32,277 nt of DNA from Folioceros fuciformis (taxonomy: Eukaryota): positions 145,139-177,415 of the forward strand of contig JBNGIO010006356.1 of assembly GCA_049999805.1 (NCBI GenBank). The letters run 5' to 3'. This document shows positions 22,162 through 29,628 of the stretch, in pieces. A model generated the notes under the pieces. The model was given only the letters and a program-made list of their open reading frames with translations. It had not been told where the DNA came from and did not search any database. Made by a program: the position numbers and the translations under genes. The first letter of the stretch is position 1, and each line of letters begins with the position of its first letter.

Positions 22162-25100
22162 CTACTTTCCTTCCCCATCCTGACCCCTCATTTTGTACAC
22201 GCTATAATCTCCGAACTCCCGAAGACCACTGCCAACCGGGGATCTGAAAAGTGAGTGACTGACTTTCCAGAAGGAAAAGAAAACCGTGCATCCTAAGTAG
22301 TCATCGTCACCAAATGGCGCTAAGTTAGTGGAGAGTGCGTACCTGTGGTGAATATCCCATGCGAAAGGAAGGAAAGCAGGCTCCAGCCCCTCAACAAAAA
22401 CTTGTCTCCATCTTTGATTGAACTCACGAATAGCATCGTCCCCGCCTTGGCTCAAAAGAATTTCCACAACTTTCCTTCCATGTGGACCATGCCCAAGCAG
22501 GGCTTCATTTTGCGTCTCCGATCGAGAGCTTCCATGGCTCCGAGGGCCTTCCGGTCGGTCTACATCATGAGTACAAGCATTAGGCGTCATGGCCTCTGAA
22601 CAAGACGTGACCATCTTGGAACCTTTCTGCTTTGTAAAGCGCCTTTGCTCCCGTGGACTCACACACGCAAGCAAAGCTGCCTGAAACTCTTCGTCGCTGA
22701 AATGTCTCCCACCATAGTACGTCCTCACGACCTTTAGTATACAACATCAATTAGTACACACAGAATGCCCAACAACTGCAGACGCAAAAACGATGAGGAA
22801 CTTCATCTCCCCTTACCTCCTGCAACTCCTCCAGCCGTTTCTTTGGCAGAGTGTTTCCATACCGTAGGAGAGCAATGGCAGCATTCCTCAAATGCATAGG
22901 AGACACACGTCCAGTGGTGTTCTGGACAACAGCGCTGGTCTCCCCGTTTGCACATTGATTAGCTGGGACGGTTTTCCTGCCTAAGAACAATGGAACGCCA
23001 AACTCTTCTGCAACTTCACGCTTGTGCAACTCAGCGGTGCGATGAGCAACCTCATGACAATCCACACACAGAAGCACTATGTCGTGGGACCTATGGCTCT
23101 TTAAGTACTCAGGGAAATGCTGCCGATAGCAAGAAGGCACAACACGGTACCGTACGTAGTGCCTATGCTCACCACACCCTACACACCTATTCTTTTTACT
23201 CTGGATGTAGAACTCATTGTTCCTGTCCTCTGGACGCCCTTTGGGCTCAAACAAAAGTCTTATGGTCGGTGGATCTTCACCAAGAAACTCAGCCAGACCT
23301 TTGCTAACATACCTGTCAAATAGACAACAGATTCAGAGAAAATTCCACGTCACAACTTCAAAGCCATATCAAAGCTACTGCAAATTGCACACACCCCCCA
23401 CCCGCAAGTAACCAACTGAGAGCTAACATTGACAAAAGAGGTACCATTCGAGCTTCTTCCGTTCACAATAACAAAGTAGCCGACCATCACCAGCGAATAT
23501 CCTACAGTTCTCGTACACTGGGCCCTTGCAGGAAAACTTCTTTACAAATAGGGCACGGGACTTCTCCCAGTGTTGATTTTTCTGCCAAGGTCGCTTCACC
23601 TTCTTCCCATCTGCGAGTCTCCCAACCCTTTTGCTTTTAAAATCTGCAGGTCTTGCAGCCTGGGTCTGCTCCAAAGTCCTAGCATTATCATGTTCGGACT
23701 CCGTACGCCTTGACTGCAGCATGCTCGTTATCCACCACAAAAAAGACCCCTTCCCTTCAGACTCCGTCCATCTTGACTGCAGCATGCTCGTTATCCACCA
23801 CCTAAACGAGCCTTTCTCCAAACGAGCCTGCGTTAACCTTCCCCTTGTTCCTTTCATGAGATCAGAGAGGGCTCCAACGTGCTTCCTGACAACAAGTGAT
23901 GGTGATGTGTCGGGACACAACAAAATGGGCCCCGAATCCTCTGTCTTATCGGCTGTCTGTATTACAGAGAAGATAGCATCACCGCTAGTAGGGCACTGTT
24001 TAGCCAGGGCAAGTATACCTGAGTTAGAAAGCACAGCGTGCAAGCTCTCATCTTCCAGGCGGGCCTGTAAACATCAGCATCAGACATTGGTTTGGCATCA
24101 GCATAAGAAATTCGTGCCCAGATTAAGACATTTCAATCCATTAAAAACACTACAGGAATTCCGTCCACCTCACCAACTTATCCCGCCACTTGCACAAAGC
24201 TTTCACACGTTTACGAATTAAATTGCTCTCCTGCATTGCAACGTACATTATACACTTGTTGCACAATAGGAGGAGATAGTACCGGACATATGAGATGGAA
24301 AGAACTTAAGGCTATATGCCGCCTGAAAGATCAAACCTCCATAGTCATAACTGGACTGGAGTTGGTGTAGCGTGACCACAATGAGAGAGCAGCAGTTGAT
24401 GGAGAAGAACACGCTCCCTCCTTATCGTAAAGTTGCAAGCAAAGAGTGTTGGATCTCAACAACACTTGCAGGAATGGAGACTCTTCACCCACAGGTACGT
24501 CCTGATTGCTTGAAGTGCCTGTAGCCGTTGCAAGTTGCGTGCAGGTCAGGAGGGTGCTATAGGCAAGCCAAAAGTTCTTCTCTGGTCACAAAAAAATAGG
24601 AAACTACCAAAAAAAAAAAAAAAAACCTTGACAAAGTTCATCCTGCAGCTGACGTGCAATATATAACAGAAAATGAGCATCAGATCGTGCATAGTGTAAC
24701 ATCTCTGCAGATAGGGGACGCTGTCGCCAATCAGCCCTCTGCCAGGTAACGTTAAAGATCCAGGATGTGAGGTTACAGTATCCAAGCTGTCAGTAGATAC
24801 CATGCTCACATGATAACTTGGGCTGCTGTTCAAGAGACCTGAAGTGCTTTATTGGTGGTGACACCACAATACTCACGCAGCAAATAAGCCAAAGACCTCT
24901 GAGGTTTACCCAATACATCACAGGCCTGCATGAACAAGGATGTTATCTCTACTGTGAGCCACAATGTCCATGAAACTTCGGTGATATCATGCAACCTGCA
25001 ATTAAATAACCTCCACGATAAGCACACTTACACGGGCAGTGTCAAACATGTTAACAACGTAGATGTGAAAGTCGCGTTGCAACCACAAATTGTCACTGTC

Positions 25101-25936
25101 TGCTCCATGAAACACCTGAAAGGTGCAAGCAAGATCCTCAGATAAGGGTTGTGCTTCAGGATAACTCCTCTCCTGCCTTGCAACTGCATAAAGAGTCACG
25201 GGCCTTGCAGATTTTGGAGTTGGCAAATGCTGGCCGAAGCACATCCATTTCGTCATGAAGGGCCAAGGCGTCCACTAAATAATCTTTTTCATCGGTTGAT
25301 ATCTGCAACGAGAAGCTCATCCTCAATAGACCCCTTGTAATTATTTCAGGAAGAAAAAAAATCCTTTAAAGATCCCGATTGAGGAATGCAAACCCGAGAG
25401 TGAAGAGCGTACTTGGATGAGTGCAGTGAACCCCAAGAACGAATGCACACTGTGCTGCTCAGTGTCAACAGCGAATTCATGCTCCTCATTAAGGATAGAT
25501 GCCAGGCTTTCCAGCTGAGATCTAGTATCGATCCACTCACAGGGCCCATCTAAACCTGGCGGATCCTTTGAAAGCTTGGACTGACTCAACCTTGGTGGCG
25601 GATTGTCCACCAGTGAGCGGATGCTTTCCAAGTACGGGTGCACTGCGGCGAGATAGTCACTCCATCAAGGTCACTAAACCACATGCAATCAACATGAGTC
25701 AACTCACAGAAACATCCATGCAACATACACTTCTCCTGGTTCCCCAAATGAACGAACGGCGCTGAAGAATTGTCCGCAAGAACCTTCTTGAAACGCAGCT
25801 GGGGTTTCTCATAAAGCGCCTCGAGCAGATTCCTCCTCTTTCGACGGGTCTCTCGCGCCTGCACAGAAACGAAATAGCCTGCTGCAATACAAGAGATGGC
25901 TACTACGCACACAACAGCGGTGGTCTTCCCTCCCAT
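22162..25936 (-). CDS. RRP6L3: RRP6-like 3 3'-5' exoribonuclease, ~876 aa. Exons: 25936-25729, 25642-25413, 25302-25204, 25115-25032, 24925-24839, 24738-24627, 24518-24337, 24230-24174, 24064-23445, 23312-22817, 22731-22343, 22228-22162
   Basis: N-terminal hydrophobic anchor and [15 protein letters not shown]. DEDDy motifs [42 protein letters not shown] and DWRQRPL...[32 protein letters not shown]-terminal [23 protein letters not shown]...[17 protein letters not shown] and [15 protein letters not shown]. All exon phases are consistent. Confidence 0.93.
23697..23820. repeat. In-frame 63-bp (21-aa) tandem duplication inside RRP6L3 exon 9
   Basis: [21 protein letters not shown] / [29 protein letters not shown] recurs at 23697 and 23760. 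Confidence 0.93.
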
Positions 25937-26115
25937 CTATACTACTCCCAATTGCTGTATGAATTGTTATGGAGAGCACCGAATCTTGCCGTCAGCAAAG
26001 ACATTTTATTGTTTGTTCCTGGTTTCTCTAGTTTAAAACCCTAAACCCTTACATGAGGGGTGTAGCTATGGCGAGGGAAACCTGCTCAGGCTGAGCGGGT
26101 GACGGGGTGCTGATC
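25937..26115. promoter_or_regulatory. Compact bidirectional promoter/5' UTR region with a telo-box
   Basis: Only 179 bp separate the divergent ATGs (25936 and 26116). The telo-box-type sequence AAACCCTAAACCCT is at 26036-26049. Confidence 0.6.
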
Positions 26116-27477
26116 ATGACGTTGCGTCGAGCTCTCCAGCGAGGATTGGGCCGCATTGCGGCCCAGTATCGGGACCAGGGGACCCGGGGATTGCAGATCC
26201 AAGGAGTTTCAGCGGGTTATTCATCGTCCGCCGGATCGGACTATGCTAAGCTCAATGTGGCAAGCGATACCTTTGGGTACAACAAAGTGTTGGAGTTTCT
26301 GTGCTCCAAGAGGAGGCCCTATTTGCTGCGGGAGGTTTATGATGACATGCTGCTGGACGGAGTGCAGCCGGAGCTGTCCACGTTCCTGTTGCTGATTACA
26401 GGGACTATGCGTGGCGACCGGCTGCAGGATTTGATGCACTTTTTCAATGAGATGAAGGATATGGGAGTCGCTCCCAACCATCTTCTTTTCAACTGCGTGA
26501 TCTCCGCCTGTGGCAGGAGCAACCAAGTGAATCGAGCGTTCCAGGTGGCGTCTGAGATGCAGTCGTATGGGCTGCAACCGAAGTACGGGACTTACGTCTC
26601 GCTGTTGAATGCATGTGGAGCTGCGGGATGCCCCGAAGAGGCCGATGGGGTGGTGAAGAAAATGATTGCCGGCGGGTTCCGCGTGGACGAGTTGTGCTAC
26701 GGTGCGCTCATCATGGCTCACAAGAACAAGAAGCCCACCACGGTGAAGACATTTGACAAGATTTTTGAGCTGTTGGAGCAATCCAAGGCGGAGCAGGCGA
26801 GAGCCAAGCACTCTCCTGGGGAGTCACAAGACACCGGTGAGGACCTAGAGGACTTACTGGCCAACGAGGTGTTGAACCAGGGGGGGAACACAGATCGAAT
26901 GAGTGTGAAACAGGCAGCTCATTCCGCAGCTGTGATTGCGTGTGCCGAGCTGGGCAATGAGCAGGCTATGACAAAGGCTGTGCAAATGTTGGAGCAGGAT
27001 GGTTACCAGCTCGATACTTCCGTGGTGCTGCAGATCATCAAGTGTTACATCTCCATAGGGAGCCCGCACAAGGCTTTTGCCGTTTTCCAGAGCGTTCAAC
27101 GTGTCGGAAAGCATACGCTGGATCTGTATGTGGTCATGTTGGAGGGGCTGCTGTCCAGCCCAACGCCTGAGAACATCGCCTCTGCATCGACGCTGTTGGA
27201 CATCATGGATTCCCGGGGTTTCTTTTTGAACACAAGGGCAGGCAGTGAGCTTCTGATCCTTGCGTCCGGTCTCGAAGGAGATCTGGATGTAGCCAACCGC
27301 GTGTGGGATTTGATGAGACGGGGCAAGGTGAAGCCATCAATCAGGAGCGCTCGGGTGTATGTGACAGCCCTTCAGATGAGACACATGCCGGCTACTGACC
27401 CCCGGTTGGTGAAGGCTCAGGAGTTGAGCTACGCGGGCAGGTTCCTGTGGAGAGCAGACGCAAGAGAGAACAGCTAG
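26116..27477 (+). CDS. P-class pentatricopeptide repeat protein, 453 aa, intronless, probably mitochondrial; resembles the At4g35850 family
   Basis: Arg-rich amphipathic N-terminus MTLRRALQRGLGRIAA. 35-aa PPR motifs. RRPYLLREVYDDMLLDGVQP and CYGALIMAHKNKKP recall At4g35850 (recognised from memory, not searched). Confidence 0.9.
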   Translation: MTLRRALQRGLGRIAAQYRDQGTRGLQIQGVSAGYSSSAGSDYAKLNVASDTFGYNKVLEFLCSKRRPYLLREVYDDMLLDGVQPELSTFLLLITGTMRGDRLQDLMHFFNEMKDMGVAPNHLLFNCVISACGRSNQVNRAFQVASEMQSYGLQPKYGTYVSLLNACGAAGCPEEADGVVKKMIAGGFRVDELCYGALIMAHKNKKPTTVKTFDKIFELLEQSKAEQARAKHSPGESQDTGEDLEDLLANEVLNQGGNTDRMSVKQAAHSAAVIACAELGNEQAMTKAVQMLEQDGYQLDTSVVLQIIKCYISIGSPHKAFAVFQSVQRVGKHTLDLYVVMLEGLLSSPTPENIASASTLLDIMDSRGFFLNTRAGSELLILASGLEGDLDVANRVWDLMRRGKVKPSIRSARVYVTALQMRHMPATDPRLVKAQELSYAGRFLWRADARENS

Positions 27478-28171
27478 TCCCCGCTTCTTTCCGAATTCTG
27501 CTCGCCCGCCCTGACACTTATTTTCTTGAAAGCGGGGAGTCTTCTCATCAAGACATGGGCTTGATCTTCCCAGCTGGCAGGCATAGTCTCAACCCTTTAA
27601 CAAGGTTGTCAGGTTGAGGTTCAGTGATGTTTAAGGCCCCTGGAACCCTGCAGTCGCTTCCTGGAAACCAACTGCAGTTTCCAAATGTACAGACAAACGC
27701 AGACGAGGGCTCAGCATCCATGCATTTCACAGCAGTAAGAACCCCTCAGCCTCTTCCCGTACGCTGTAGTTCGGACCACGCCTATCTCCCACACCCACTG
27801 CAGCCTCATCCCATTTGCACAAGTTGGTTTGCAAATAAAGTGGACCCCGTACATCAACAACATCTACATCCCGAGAGATCCCCATCTCGTTCAAATCGCA
27901 GCAGAAAAAGTCTACATTAAAATATAAAATGAAACAAAAAATCATGTTAAGAGATAGAAATATAGAATCACGAAGCCGACCTGGCCGAACGATGATTAGC
28001 TCTCACGTCCACCCTGTACAAAAGGTCGCGCAGAACAATGTTAAATTTGTTTCCATCGTGTCAGCTCAAAATGATGACTAATTTCACTTTAACATACCTA
28101 GCGACTGGCTGGAAAGTGTTAAATGCCAATAAGGTAGAATTATCTCTAATTCTACTTCATGGCTCTAACTT

Positions 28172-28621
28172 TCAAAAATAACTACGACCCTTAGACTTCG
28201 ATTTTAGGTTCACCATCTCAAACCAGAATTCTAGCTTTTCGTCCAAAGAAGTTGGAGAGCGTTGGATGAGGTTTAGCTCAGCACTCTTCTTCTCCACCTC
28301 CACAATCTCTCCTTTTGATCCTTCACCCTTGGAACCATGGGATGAATCTCTGCTTTGAACGACAGAACGTGTTGGCATAGAATTGCTCCTCATTGGAGCT
28401 CCATCAATCCTTGAGGCATCTTGAGAAAATGAGTTTGCCTTCCTAGTGCATACTCCATCAATCCTTGAGCCATCTTGCGGACTTGAATTTGCCTTCCTAG
28501 TCTGTACTTCATCAACCCTCAAGGAATCTTCACGATCTGACTTTGTCTTCTTCTGCTTGCGAGTCACCTGTGCCGAACCAGTAGGAAAGAAGCAAGAAAA
28601 CATTTTTTTGACAAACCCCAT
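28172..28621 (-). CDS. Small hydrophilic protein of unknown function, 149 aa, with candidate N-myristoylation/S-acylation motif and 18-aa internal repeats
   Basis: Single ORF MGFVKKMFSCFFP... with good start context (GCGATGG). A minus-strand TATAAA lies at 28698-28703, and the internal repeats preserve frame. No homologue recognised. Confidence 0.55.
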   Translation of the reverse strand: MGFVKKMFSCFFPTGSAQVTRKQKKTKSDREDSLRVDEVQTRKANSSPQDGSRIDGVCTRKANSFSQDASRIDGAPMRSNSMPTRSVVQSRDSSHGSKGEGSKGEIVEVEKKSAELNLIQRSPTSLDEKLEFWFEMVNLKSKSKGRSYF

Positions 28622-28800
28622 CGCTGTTGGATTCACTGAACAAACAAACAAACAAGCAGTTTATTAGATTGAGCAAACTTGAAGTGTGCGCCCTTGGTTT
28701 ATAAACAAACCCTAAGAATGTATTGCACACTTCACTCTTAGTAGAATGCTACATCTATTTAGTTGAAAACTAAGGATACCAAATAAGTTCTAGACTTCCT

Positions 28801-28953
28801 GTACTCCAAACCCATTATAAAAACAAGTTCATAAAGAAATAGCAACTAATGTGAACACAAAAAAAAACATACGTGTAAAAAGTACGCCAAACCCATTATA
28901 AAAACAAGTTCACAAAGAAATAGCAACTAATGTGGACACAATAAAAAACATAC
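28801..28953. repeat. Direct repeat with 81-bp period, 2 copies
   Basis: GTAC.CCAAACCCATTATAAAAACAAGTTCA.AAAGAAATAGCAACTAATGTG.ACACAA.AAAAAACATAC at 28801 and 28882. Confidence 0.9.
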
Positions 28954-29300
28954 TTATAGAAACTACCTGCAGCAAGAAAAATAAGATGCAAAAAATGTTG
29001 GAAAACATGGGCAAGTCAGGAGCAGCTCTCTCACATATATAGACCAAAAAATTCTTATACATGTCGCTCAAAGGGAACTTAAGTAACATCGTTTCGCCTA
29101 AACATTTCTCCAATGACTTTTTTCCATATAGAATGATTTTCTAGTTACATAATATTGTATGTATATAAAGTAAATATTTCAAATGACCGCTAAATTATAC
29201 TTAGATAATAATAGAATCTAAAACTTTAACTTTTAGACAGTAATAAAATTTAAAACCTTAACTTTTAAAATGGCTTTATTAGAGAGTCAGGCCTCTGGTA

Positions 29301-29400
29301 NNNNNNNNNNNNNNNNNNNNNNNNNNNNNNNNNNNNNNNNNNNNNNNNNNNNNNNNNNNNNNNNNNNNNNNNNNNNNNNNNNNNNNNNNNNNNNNNNNNN
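29301..29400. other. Assembly gap (100 N)
   Basis: Run of 100 N; TGGTA occurs on both flanks. Confidence 0.99.
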
Positions 29401-29628
29401 TGGTATATTGGGTGCCATAAGTTTAAGTTAAGCTTGTTTAAGAAATATGTTCAGAAGGTGCATTAACTAAACAACCAAGTTGGATTCCGAATTTGTTCAA
29501 TGATATGTAAGCTTGAAGGAGAAGCATACCAAAACAGCTTGGGACTTCGATTCTGAACGGGGAAGTGGCTGCATGCTTTGGATTTGGCATCTGGTCTGTT
29601 TTCCAGAGATGAGGGAAAGGTCGGTTCT

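Noticed and set aside
21616..22247. Overlapping plus-strand ORFs of 87-149 aa
   Set aside because: No recognisable domains; most simply the RRP6L3 3' UTR and downstream region.
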